NCBI GenBank assembly: GCA_900768185.1
Contig: CAAGCB010000012.1
Span: 15,461-79,460 of the forward strand
Length of the DNA stretch: 64,000 nt
Source of the DNA: Alphaproteobacteria bacterium
GTDB lineage: Bacteria; Pseudomonadota; Alphaproteobacteria; CAAGCB01; CAG-977
Direction of reading: 5' to 3'
In this document: positions 28,106 to 36,617 of the stretch, piece by piece
How positions within the stretch are numbered: the stretch's first letter is position 1
Layout of the letters: every line of letters begins with the position of its first letter
The notes under the pieces: model-generated
Told to the model about the DNA's origin: nothing
What the model saw: the letters and a program-made list of their open reading frames with translations, nothing else
Database searches by the model: none
Program-made: the position numbers and the translations under genes

Positions 28106-28762
28106 ATGACCTTACGCCTCTCGTCCGGTGCCGGTTCCAAGAAGGAAGGCACGGAACAACTTGTAGAAAAGTATTTAAAAGACGTCGTTTCCGAAATGCA
28201 CTGCGTCGACGCCGTGACGCGCCATTTCGGCAAAGCCCCCAACCGCTCCGTCGAAGAATACGTGGCAAACGTGTATATGAAAAAACGCCCGTTGAAGGTC
28301 GCCGATAAAACGGCGGCGTTGTTGGCGGTGCGCGAAGCCGAAAGACACTATCGCGGCAAAATTAAAAAAATCCCTCTGCACACCCGTCTGCATTACATGA
28401 CGGGAAACGTCGGCAAAAAGAAAATCGAAGCCGCGATCGTTTGCGGCATCAGTCTGGCGGCGGGGTGCGTCGCCGTGGCGCGCGGGGCTGATCCGGCGGT
28501 CGTTCCGGCGATTCTGGCTGTCGCGGGCGGAACGCTGATGGCTGCGGACTACGCGTTGTATTCGCTGGAACCGAAAAAACACGGCGCCGAAATCCTGCGC
28601 AAAAAGGAAGTGCTGGCGAATTACACGCGCGCGAAACAGGCTCTGTTCGTTTTAAAGGCGATGGAAAAACAACTGACCGCGCGCGGCGGACAGCCGAAAA
28701 ACAAAGCGGCGGACGATGACGGTTTTACTTTTCTTATGTCAAAAAAAGGCGCGGCGCGCTGA
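28106..28762 (+). CDS. Island family A paralog 1: small membrane protein with bilobed hydrophobic segment (unknown function)
   Basis: 218 aa; ~115-aa N-terminal soluble domain, Gly/Ala-rich two-lobe hydrophobic region (residues ~115-160), basic amphipathic tail KQALFVLKAMEKQL shared with paralogs 2-5. Confidence 0.55.
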   Translation: MTLRLSSGAGSKKEGTEQLVEKYLKDVVSEMHCVDAVTRHFGKAPNRSVEEYVANVYMKKRPLKVADKTAALLAVREAERHYRGKIKKIPLHTRLHYMTGNVGKKKIEAAIVCGISLAAGCVAVARGADPAVVPAILAVAGGTLMAADYALYSLEPKKHGAEILRKKEVLANYTRAKQALFVLKAMEKQLTARGGQPKNKAADDDGFTFLMSKKGAAR

Positions 28763-28781
28763 AAAAAAACGGGGGATTGCG

Positions 28782-29435
28782 ATGGCTTTGACGATTTTAA
28801 CGGCTGAAAACGGTCGTCACGAAGACACGGCGAAACTGGTTCGCGACTATTTAAAGGGCGCGATCAAAGTGATGCGCCGCATCGACGCCGCCCGCAATTT
28901 TTACGACAAACCCGCCAATCGCCGCGTCGAACGGGTGGAGGCTTTGCGTTATATGGTCAAAAATCCGTTTTGTGTCAACGATACCGAACGGGCGGGCGAA
29001 ATGCTTGACGACGCTCAAAGATACTATGAGAAGCAAACCAAGGACGCGCCGTTGAAAGTCAAAATGGATTACGCGTTCGGTTGTGTCGGCGCGATGCTGT
29101 TGAAAGACACGTTACTGTACGGGGCGGCGCTGGCGGCGGGCGTGACGGCGGCGGCGATGAACGGCGGTTCGCCCGAATTGATTTGCGGGGCGGCGGTCGC
29201 GGCGGTCGGCATCGCGGGGGTGACGCAAATCGGCGTCGCGATGGGCAAAATGTCGCGTCCGCCGACCAAGGCGGAACGGAAACACCCCGAAACGCTGGAA
29301 CAATACACGGAAGCCAAACAGGCGCTGTTCGTTTTGAAACAAATGAAAAAACAGCTGGCGTCGTCCGTGAAAAACAACAGGGGCAAAGGCGGAAACGTCG
29401 TTGTCCCGATGCCTAACAGGTGCGTCCTTCGCTGA
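28782..29435 (+). CDS. Island family A paralog 2
   Basis: 217 aa from ATG 28782; same architecture; tail KQALFVLKQMKKQL. Confidence 0.55.
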   Translation: MALTILTAENGRHEDTAKLVRDYLKGAIKVMRRIDAARNFYDKPANRRVERVEALRYMVKNPFCVNDTERAGEMLDDAQRYYEKQTKDAPLKVKMDYAFGCVGAMLLKDTLLYGAALAAGVTAAAMNGGSPELICGAAVAAVGIAGVTQIGVAMGKMSRPPTKAERKHPETLEQYTEAKQALFVLKQMKKQLASSVKNNRGKGGNVVVPMPNRCVLR

Positions 29436-29457
29436 TTTTTACGCGAATTAAAAAAAA

Positions 29458-29495
29458 ATCGCTCGACCGATCGGGCGCGGTGTTTCTTTTTTTAC
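29458..29495 (+). terminator. Weak terminator-like element after paralog 2
   Basis: Self-complementary CCGATCGG core followed by tgtttcttttttt. Confidence 0.3.
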
Positions 29496-29574
29496 CGCCT
29501 TTAATAAAAAAAATGTTGGAAAACTGGACAAATAAAGGTATATGCTTTGTCAAGCGGGCGGAAAGGGGGTAAAA

Positions 29575-30156
29575 ATGTCTTTGACAATCGACAATCACCA
29601 AAAAACGACGGGCTTGGACGCGAAAACGGCGGAGGTCGTGGCGGCGTATGTGAACGGGCTGTATTATGCGACAAACGGCGTTCCCCGTGATTTGCGCGAC
29701 GCCGCTGCGGACGCCTATATGAAAGACAATCCGCTGAAAGTCGACGATAAAGCCGCCGCCGTGAAAGAAATCGACGCTTTGACGCGTGAATGCGAAGACG
29801 AAGCGAAGTCGGCATCGTGGCGAACCAAACTGCAATACGAATACGGTCGCAAGGGCGAACGAATCGCCAAACTGGCGATGTTGGGCGCGGCGACCGCCGT
29901 CGGAAGCGTTCTGGCGGCAAACGGCATGCCTTTGGCTTCCTCTTCCGTTTTGTTCGCGGGGCTGGTCGCCATTCAGGGAGGAAACACTCCGACGGATAGG
30001 GAAAAAGCCGATATCGAAAGATACGGCGTAATCAAGCACGGACAGTTCGTTTTGAAAAAAATGAAGCGGGCGCTGACGTCCGAAGATGACAAAGAAAACG
30101 CGTCCGCGGTCAAACGCAAAACCGTGCTGAATTTGAAACGAAACGGCGGACGCTGA
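29575..30156 (+). CDS. Island family A paralog 3
   Basis: 193 aa from ATG 29575 (RBS GGGGG); NGVPR motif in N-domain shared with paralogs 4 and 5; tail GQFVLKKMKRAL; ends NLKRNGGR. Confidence 0.6.
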   Translation: MSLTIDNHQKTTGLDAKTAEVVAAYVNGLYYATNGVPRDLRDAAADAYMKDNPLKVDDKAAAVKEIDALTRECEDEAKSASWRTKLQYEYGRKGERIAKLAMLGAATAVGSVLAANGMPLASSSVLFAGLVAIQGGNTPTDREKADIERYGVIKHGQFVLKKMKRALTSEDDKENASAVKRKTVLNLKRNGGR

Positions 30157-30180
30157 TTTCCGGTCGCCCCTTGGATTTTT

Positions 30181-30220
30181 ACGCCGCGGCATTTGGTGTC
30201 GCGGCGTTTCGCTTTTTTAG
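30181..30220 (+). terminator. Rho-independent terminator after paralog 3
   Basis: ACGCCGCG / CGCGGCGT 8-bp stem with 11-nt loop, followed by ttcgctttttt. Confidence 0.55.
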
Positions 30221-30310
30221 GGCGAAAGCGCGGTTTTCAATAAAAAATATTTGAAGAGTTGGACAAATCGTGTTAATCTTTTTGTCAAACAGACAGGAAA
30301 GGATAAGCAA

Positions 30311-30934
30311 ATGTCTTTGGTTCTCAATTCCGAAAAGGGTATGACGCTGAACGATGTTAAAACGACGATGAAAGTCGCGGCGTATCTCGGCGGCTTGGCG
30401 GAGCAAATCAACGGCGTTCCCCGTCGGTATCGCGACAGCGTCGCCGACGCCTATATGGAAGACCACCCGTTGACAGTCGACGATAAAGCCGCGGCTTACG
30501 ATCTGGTCGGAAAAATGGAAAAGCAATACAAAAAGGAAACCAAATCCGCGTCTTTGGATACGAAGCTGCAATATATGTTCGGCAACAAGGGCGCCGAAGT
30601 CGCCAAAGCGGTCGCTTTGGGCGCGGCGGCGGTCGTCGGCAGCGTGATGGCGGCGCAGGGCGTCGATCAGGCGGCGGCTCCCGCGTTCGTGATGGCGGCG
30701 GGCGCGCTTTGCACGGGGGCGCACGCGGCGACGGTGAACGACAAATATCAGACGAACGCCGTTGAAAAATACGGTGAAGCCAAACGCGCTTTGTTCGCTT
30801 TGAAAAAAATGAAAAAGGCGCTGGCGCCCGAATCGACGTACAAACAGGACGTTCAGGCACTGTACGCGTCCGGTCTGGGCAATCCCGGCGGCATGATCAC
30901 CGCGTTGAATCTGAAACAAAAAGGCGGCAGATAA
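30311..30934 (+). CDS. Island family A paralog 4
   Basis: 207 aa from ATG 30311 (RBS AGGAAAGGA); ends NLKQKGGR. Confidence 0.6.
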   Translation: MSLVLNSEKGMTLNDVKTTMKVAAYLGGLAEQINGVPRRYRDSVADAYMEDHPLTVDDKAAAYDLVGKMEKQYKKETKSASLDTKLQYMFGNKGAEVAKAVALGAAAVVGSVMAAQGVDQAAAPAFVMAAGALCTGAHAATVNDKYQTNAVEKYGEAKRALFALKKMKKALAPESTYKQDVQALYASGLGNPGGMITALNLKQKGGR

Positions 30935-30952
30935 GCCGGAAAAGGAGGAAAT

Positions 30953-31618
30953 ATGTCAATAGGACTGAACGAATCGATGACTTTTGAAAAAGCCGATAGC
31001 GCGACGATATCTCAGGTCTATATGTACTTGGGGGCTTTGGACTGCTTTACGAACGGCGTTCCCGAACGAAAACGCGGAAAGGTCGTCGACGATTTCATGC
31101 AAAAATATCCGTTGCGCGTCGATAATAAAGCCAATGCGCTGAAAACGGTCGAGTCTTTGGAAAAAATGTATGTCGACGCCGTTAAGAAAACGCCTCTGAA
31201 AACAAAAATTCAGGCGGCGTTCGGCATGAAAGCCCCCGAAAACGCTTTTAAGACGGCGTGCGTTTTGGGCGCGGCGGCGGTCGTCGGCAGCGTTATGGCG
31301 GCGCAGGGCGTCGATCATGCGGCGGCTCCCGCGCTCGTCGGCGCGCTGTCGGTCGGCATGACCGCCCTGGCGGCTGTCGTCGGCAAAACCGCGGCGGATG
31401 GAACGGAAGACAAGCCCGAAAAAATCGCAAAGGAAGAATGGAACGTTCAGAAATACGGCGATGTCAAACGCGCTTTGTTCGCTTTGAAAAAAATGAAAAA
31501 GGCGCTGACGCCCGAATCGACGTACAAACGGGACGTTCAGGCGCTGTACGCGTCCGGTCTGGGCAACCCCGGCGGCATGATCACCGCGCTGAACCTGAAA
31601 CAAAACGGCGGGCGCTGA
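30953..31618 (+). CDS. Island family A paralog 5
   Basis: 221 aa; RBS AAGGAGG; C-terminal 55 aa and one hydrophobic lobe nearly identical to paralog 4 at the DNA level; ends NLKQNGGR. Confidence 0.6.
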   Translation: MSIGLNESMTFEKADSATISQVYMYLGALDCFTNGVPERKRGKVVDDFMQKYPLRVDNKANALKTVESLEKMYVDAVKKTPLKTKIQAAFGMKAPENAFKTACVLGAAAVVGSVMAAQGVDHAAAPALVGALSVGMTALAAVVGKTAADGTEDKPEKIAKEEWNVQKYGDVKRALFALKKMKKALTPESTYKRDVQALYASGLGNPGGMITALNLKQNGGR

Positions 31619-31648
31619 TTCATCTGCGGTGCAAGGCAAGGTGTTGTG

Positions 31649-32776
31649 ATGTCGAACAATGTGGCGGAATTTTTTTCCAAAAAAGGAATTAAAAAATTCA
31701 AAAGCGGCGTGAACGCCTTTAAAAACCTCAGCACGCCGAAAAAGCTTATGGCGGGCGGCGTTTTGGCGGCGGCGTTCGCCGTCGCGACCAACACAGACAA
31801 TTACAGCCGCGTTGAAAACAGATTGAAAGCGCAAACGGTGTACGCGATTATGGAAAACGGCGACACGCTGTGCGCCTATCGGGCGATTCCGATGACGGAC
31901 GCCGATTTCGCGCGGTTGCAAAAATTGGTGAACAACGCGACGAAAACCGAATCGGGGCGCGAGATTTTAAAAGGGCTGTCCGAAACGGGGACGACTTTGC
32001 GCATCGATTATTCGGGCGAGGATAATCTGGGCTATTTTCAGCCCGACGACAATTCGATCTGTCTGGGGCGTCAGCACGGCGACGCGGATTTGCAGTCCGT
32101 TTTGATCCACGAGGGTGAACACGCTTTGCAGAACGGGCGCGTTCCCGAAAGCACCAACGGTTACACGTTTGAATCAAACGCGAAAGTTCAGCGCGTGATG
32201 GAAGCCGATGCGATGACCTTGCAAACGATGTTTTCGTTCGAAATGGCTGAAAAGGGCGACAGCGCGGCGTTGAAAATGATGACGGTCCGTCACAAGGGCA
32301 TGGTGGACGCCTATGCCGACGCTTGCGCAAAATACGGCAAAGGCAGTCCGAAGGCGTTAAAGGAAACGATGCTGAGCTGGTATGACGATAAAAACTATGT
32401 CGCCATCTATGACGAATACATGGCGGCGGAACACGCCGAAAAGGTCGGAGAAACACCGGGGATTTTGTTGCTGTCCCGTTTTTCCAAAGCCTGTGACGCC
32501 GATGCCGTTTTGGCGGGCGCTTGCCGGTATAAAGGCGTGAAATACGCGGGAACGGACGGATCTTTGCTGAATACGCCGCGCACGGCGTGGCTGAATGTGG
32601 AAACGCGCGATAAAATGTCGCGGGTTCACAACCGGCTGGTTTCCAAAACATCGGGCTTCAACGGTGACGACAGCGCGGATAATTTCTATATGTGCAAAGA
32701 CGGTGTCGTGTCTAAACAGACCTATAAACAGATTATCGCGGCGACGGTCGCCCGACGCGCGAATCAAGGACGATGA
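31649..32776 (+). CDS. Island family B paralog 1: HExxH zincin-like putative metallopeptidase with N-terminal signal/anchor
   Basis: 375 aa; N-terminal hydrophobic KKLMAGGVLAAAFAVA; HExxH as LIHEGEHALQNG with Glu-rich segment downstream; no family name recognised. Confidence 0.55.
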   Translation: MSNNVAEFFSKKGIKKFKSGVNAFKNLSTPKKLMAGGVLAAAFAVATNTDNYSRVENRLKAQTVYAIMENGDTLCAYRAIPMTDADFARLQKLVNNATKTESGREILKGLSETGTTLRIDYSGEDNLGYFQPDDNSICLGRQHGDADLQSVLIHEGEHALQNGRVPESTNGYTFESNAKVQRVMEADAMTLQTMFSFEMAEKGDSAALKMMTVRHKGMVDAYADACAKYGKGSPKALKETMLSWYDDKNYVAIYDEYMAAEHAEKVGETPGILLLSRFSKACDADAVLAGACRYKGVKYAGTDGSLLNTPRTAWLNVETRDKMSRVHNRLVSKTSGFNGDDSADNFYMCKDGVVSKQTYKQIIAATVARRANQGR

Positions 32777-32788
32777 GGAGATAAATTC

Positions 32789-33961
32789 ATGTCGAATTCC
32801 ATATCCGAATTCTTTTCCAAATCGGGAATTAAAAAGTTTAAAAACGGCGTGAGGGCTTACGCGGAACGTCAAGCGGGCAAGGTCGTCGCCGCGTCAATGG
32901 TTCTGACGGGGGCGTTCGGCGCCGTCAGCGCGCGTTCCGCCGTTGAACAGATTGAATTGACGCCTTCGCGGGTGACGGCTTACGCCGTTACGGAAAAAGG
33001 CGACACGCTTTGCAGCTATCTGGCGGAAAAAACCGACAGCGCGTCCTTCGCCCGTTTGCAGAAACTGGTCAACAACGCGACAAAAAGCAAAACGGGGTGT
33101 GAAATTCTGAAATGCGTTTCGGAACAGAACACCGTTTTGACGATAGGAGAGGCGGGACGCAACACGGTCGGATTCTTCGTCGCCGATGAAAACATGATCC
33201 GCCTGAACGGCAATTTTGACGACGCGACGTTGCAATCCTGTCTGGTGCACGAAGGAAAACATTCCGCCCAAAACGCTTCGCTGGGCAGAACGCTGGAAAG
33301 CACGAACACTTTTTTGACCAATATCGTCATGTCCCGCGTGATGGAAGCCGACGCCGTCGCGGCGCAGACCAAGTTTTCCTATGAAATGGCACAGCGGGGC
33401 GACAGCGCGGCGTGGAAATCCCTGCGCGAGGAACACGGGGAAATCGCCGACACGTTTGCAAAAAACGCTAAAAAACACGGCGTCGATAAAAAGGAAACGA
33501 TGAAGGAAACCATGCTGGCGTGGTACAAGGATAAAAGCTACACCAAGCTGTATGATCAATCCATGATCGCGTTTTACAAAAACATCGTTCGAAACGCGCC
33601 CGACAATCAAATTCAGGACAGTTTTAAGAAAAGCATCGATACCGACAAATTGATCCGCGCCGTGTGCAAATCGGGCGGCGAAACGTACGCTCGGGACGGT
33701 GCTTTGCTGATGACGCCCGAAACGGCATATCTGTCGCGCTCCGACCAGTTTTCGCTGGAAGCCCTGAATGTCTTTTTGAAACAAAGAACGGGACGCGAAG
33801 ACGTTTCGTCGAAGTTTATGTATCCCGTCGAACGTGACGGATCCGTGTCGAAAAAGACTTTCCTTCAGGAAGATCAGGCGGAGCGTCTGGCGGAAAAGAA
33901 TAAACAGAGTACGGCGAAAACGCAAAAAATCGTTAATAAAATGAATACGCGGACGCGATGA
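32789..33961 (+). CDS. Island family B paralog 2: HExxH zincin-like putative metallopeptidase
   Basis: 390 aa; RBS GAGGAG; HExxH as LVHEGKHSAQNA; collinear with family B paralog 1 across the N-terminal 250 aa; stop TGA overlaps the ybgC ATG (ATGA). Confidence 0.55.
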   Translation: MSNSISEFFSKSGIKKFKNGVRAYAERQAGKVVAASMVLTGAFGAVSARSAVEQIELTPSRVTAYAVTEKGDTLCSYLAEKTDSASFARLQKLVNNATKSKTGCEILKCVSEQNTVLTIGEAGRNTVGFFVADENMIRLNGNFDDATLQSCLVHEGKHSAQNASLGRTLESTNTFLTNIVMSRVMEADAVAAQTKFSYEMAQRGDSAAWKSLREEHGEIADTFAKNAKKHGVDKKETMKETMLAWYKDKSYTKLYDQSMIAFYKNIVRNAPDNQIQDSFKKSIDTDKLIRAVCKSGGETYARDGALLMTPETAYLSRSDQFSLEALNVFLKQRTGREDVSSKFMYPVERDGSVSKKTFLQEDQAERLAEKNKQSTAKTQKIVNKMNTRTR

Positions 33962-34371
33962 CGATGAAGACGTTTGTTTCCAAAAAATTTCTGATGTGCT
34001 ACGCCGATACCGACGCGGGCGGCGTGGTGTATCATTCCCGCTATGTCGATTTGGCCGAACGCGCGCGCATGGAAATGCTGCACGAACTGGGGGTTTGCTG
34101 TCGCGAAATGGCGGCGGCGGAAAAACCCGTCGGTTTTATGGTGCATCACATGGAAATCGATTTCAAACGCCCCGCCTATCTGGAAGACGAGCTGATCGTT
34201 GAAACAAGCGTTTTGAAAATCGGCGGCGCGACGTTTGATCTGGCGCAGACCGTCAAACGCGGCGACGAGGTGCTGGTCGAATTGAAAGTCTGCGTTCTAA
34301 CGGCGGCGGGCATCGGAAAGCCGACGCGGATCCCCGCCGAAATCAGAACGAAATTAACCGGAATTTTGTAA
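33958..34371 (+). CDS. ybgC: Tol-Pal-associated acyl-CoA thioesterase YbgC (4HBT hot-dog fold)
   Basis: 137 aa; hot-dog motif YADTDAGGVVYHSRYV; position upstream of tolQ. Confidence 0.85.
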   Translation: MTMKTFVSKKFLMCYADTDAGGVVYHSRYVDLAERARMEMLHELGVCCREMAAAEKPVGFMVHHMEIDFKRPAYLEDELIVETSVLKIGGATFDLAQTVKRGDEVLVELKVCVLTAAGIGKPTRIPAEIRTKLTGIL

Positions 34372-34433
34372 TCTGTTAATGAATATGGGTTAAACTCCCC
34401 GTCAAAACTGTAATTTTGAAGGGGAGTTTTTCT

Positions 34434-35171
34434 ATGCCGGCAGCGTCTTTGGCATCAACCGCGACCGATTTATCCATGTTCGGGTTGTTTTTACAGGCTG
34501 ATTTTATCGTTAAAGCCGTGATTATCCTTCTGATTTCGGCATCGGTGTGGACATGGGCGATCATTTTTGAAAAAGTGATGTTGTTGCGTTCGGCGAACGA
34601 TGCCGCCGGAAAATTTCTGGATAAATACGACGAAGGTCGATACGACCAGCTTTATGACGAATTGGAAAGCAAAGCGTCGTTCAGCCACGATCCGATGTCC
34701 GCCATTTTTATGAGCGCGATGAAAGAATGGCGCAAATCGTCAATGGCTTTGATGGGCGGAATCCACGGCGCCAGTCTGGCTCAGCGTTTGGACAGGATCA
34801 TGCAGGTCACGATGGATCGCGGAATGGAACGCATTGAAAAACGCATGACTTTTCTGGCGTCCACGGGAGCCGTGTCGCCGTTTATCGGTCTGTTCGGAAC
34901 GGTGTGGGGCATCATGAACAGTTTTCATAGCATCGGCGCCAGTTCCAACACGTCGCTGGCGGTCGTCGCCCCCGGCATCGCCGAAGCGTTGTTCGCGACG
35001 GCTTTGGGGCTGGTCGCCGCCATTCCCGCCGTTCTGGCGTACAACAAACTGTCCAGCGACATCAATCGCTATGCCAAAAAACTGGAAAACTTCGCAGGCG
35101 ATTTTTCCAGCATTCTGTCGCGCCAGATCGATAATATGGCGATTCGCAACGAAAAACAGCGGAACGGCTGA
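34434..35171 (+). CDS. tolQ: Tol-Pal system protein TolQ
   Basis: MotA/TolQ/ExbB signature FIGLFGTVWGIMNSF; three TM helices; followed by tolR. Confidence 0.9.
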   Translation: MPAASLASTATDLSMFGLFLQADFIVKAVIILLISASVWTWAIIFEKVMLLRSANDAAGKFLDKYDEGRYDQLYDELESKASFSHDPMSAIFMSAMKEWRKSSMALMGGIHGASLAQRLDRIMQVTMDRGMERIEKRMTFLASTGAVSPFIGLFGTVWGIMNSFHSIGASSNTSLAVVAPGIAEALFATALGLVAAIPAVLAYNKLSSDINRYAKKLENFAGDFSSILSRQIDNMAIRNEKQRNG

Positions 35172-35173
35172 CC

Positions 35174-35641
35174 ATGGGGACGAACGTTAAATTTTCCGCC
35201 AGAGGAAACCGTCGTCAACGGGCGGCGTTCGGCGACATCAACGTCACGCCGCTGGTTGACGTCATGATGGTTCTTTTGGTGATTTTCATGGTTACGGCGC
35301 CGATGATGACGACGGGCATTTCATTGGATTTGCCCCGCGGCGACGGGCAGGCGATGGAAGAATCCGACCGCGCCGTCGATATCGGCATCGACGCGCGTTC
35401 CGACATTTATCTGGGCGATAAAAAAGTATCGCCCGATACGCTGGTCAAAAAATTGAAAGCCATGCAAAAAAGCAATCCCGATTTGAAAATCGTCATCAGC
35501 GCGGACAAAGCGACGTCTTACGGTCAGGTCATCGAACTGATGAGCGTTCTGCGTCTGGCGGGAATTTCAAAGGTCGGGCTGAAGACCGCCGATATTGTCG
35601 ACATGTCCTTGTCCGATTTCAAAAAGAAGGGGAAAAAATAG
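35174..35641 (+). CDS. tolR: Tol-Pal system protein TolR (ExbD/TolR family)
   Basis: 155 aa; single TM with conserved Asp (INVTPLVDVMMVLLVIF), ExbD periplasmic domain. Confidence 0.85.
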   Translation: MGTNVKFSARGNRRQRAAFGDINVTPLVDVMMVLLVIFMVTAPMMTTGISLDLPRGDGQAMEESDRAVDIGIDARSDIYLGDKKVSPDTLVKKLKAMQKSNPDLKIVISADKATSYGQVIELMSVLRLAGISKVGLKTADIVDMSLSDFKKKGKK

Positions 35642-35644
35642 TCC

Positions 35645-36616
35645 GTGTTTGAACGATTGCGCCGCCGTTTCTTTATGCGATTGCGCCGCAGCCCCGTGCT
35701 GTTCAAGGTCGTCGTCGGCGCGCGCGATCATTTGCCGATGGTTTTGTCGCTGGCGCTGCATGCGTTCGTCGTTATTTTGCTGACGGTCGATTTCGTCGCC
35801 GAATCCAAAGATCGGGTCGTGTCCGTACCGATGTTCGTCGTTGATTTGAGCAAGGTTAAAATCGCCGAAATGACGAACTTGCCGCCGAAACTGACCTTGT
35901 CGAAATCAAAGGCGAAATCCGCGCCGAAAGGAACGGTGCGCACCTCCGCGTACAGCAAGGCGTCGAAAGGCGACGCGTCGCAGTCAAGCTTTGTCGCGTC
36001 GAAATCGTCTTTGAACGGCGCGATGCTGGAAAACGAATTGAGCGGATTGTTGAAAAAGGTTTCGAAATCGAAAAAATCCAAAGACGAAGAACTGTCCAAT
36101 TCGATTAAAAACATCGCCAAATCGGCTGACAAGGACGCTTTTAAAACTCTGTTGGCGTCGGTTGACGGCATCAAAAGCGGCATGGGGTACGCGGACGAAA
36201 GCACGGCGGACGCCGATCCCGACGATATGGTCACGCGGGGGATCGAAGGCGGGCAAGGCGGCAGCTATATGCAGGAACTCAGCGTTTCCGAAAAAGACAT
36301 GATCGGCATTAAATTGCGCGAATGCTGGAATTTGGACGCCGGCGTGCGTGGCGCGCAAAACATGCTGATTGAAATCCGCGTCTTTTTGACGCCGGAAGGG
36401 GCGGTCAAAGACGTTAAAATTTTAAACAAAGCCAGATACAACAAAGATACGGCGTTTCGTTCCGTCGCGGAAAGCGCGCGGCGCGCCGTTTATATCTGCG
36501 ATAAAAAGAACGACGCTTCCCCGTTCAGGATCTTTCCCGATCATTACGGGCAATCCTATGACATGTGGAAGACGCTGTTGCTCAGGTTCAACCCGTTTGA
36601 CGGCGGAGTGATGTGA
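35645..36616 (+). CDS. tolA: Tol-Pal system protein TolA
   Basis: N-terminal TM anchor, Lys/Ala/Ser-rich extended region, C-terminal TolA/TonB-like domain; position between tolR and tolB. Confidence 0.6.
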   Translation: MFERLRRRFFMRLRRSPVLFKVVVGARDHLPMVLSLALHAFVVILLTVDFVAESKDRVVSVPMFVVDLSKVKIAEMTNLPPKLTLSKSKAKSAPKGTVRTSAYSKASKGDASQSSFVASKSSLNGAMLENELSGLLKKVSKSKKSKDEELSNSIKNIAKSADKDAFKTLLASVDGIKSGMGYADESTADADPDDMVTRGIEGGQGGSYMQELSVSEKDMIGIKLRECWNLDAGVRGAQNMLIEIRVFLTPEGAVKDVKILNKARYNKDTAFRSVAESARRAVYICDKKNDASPFRIFPDHYGQSYDMWKTLLLRFNPFDGGVM

Positions 36617-36617
36617 T

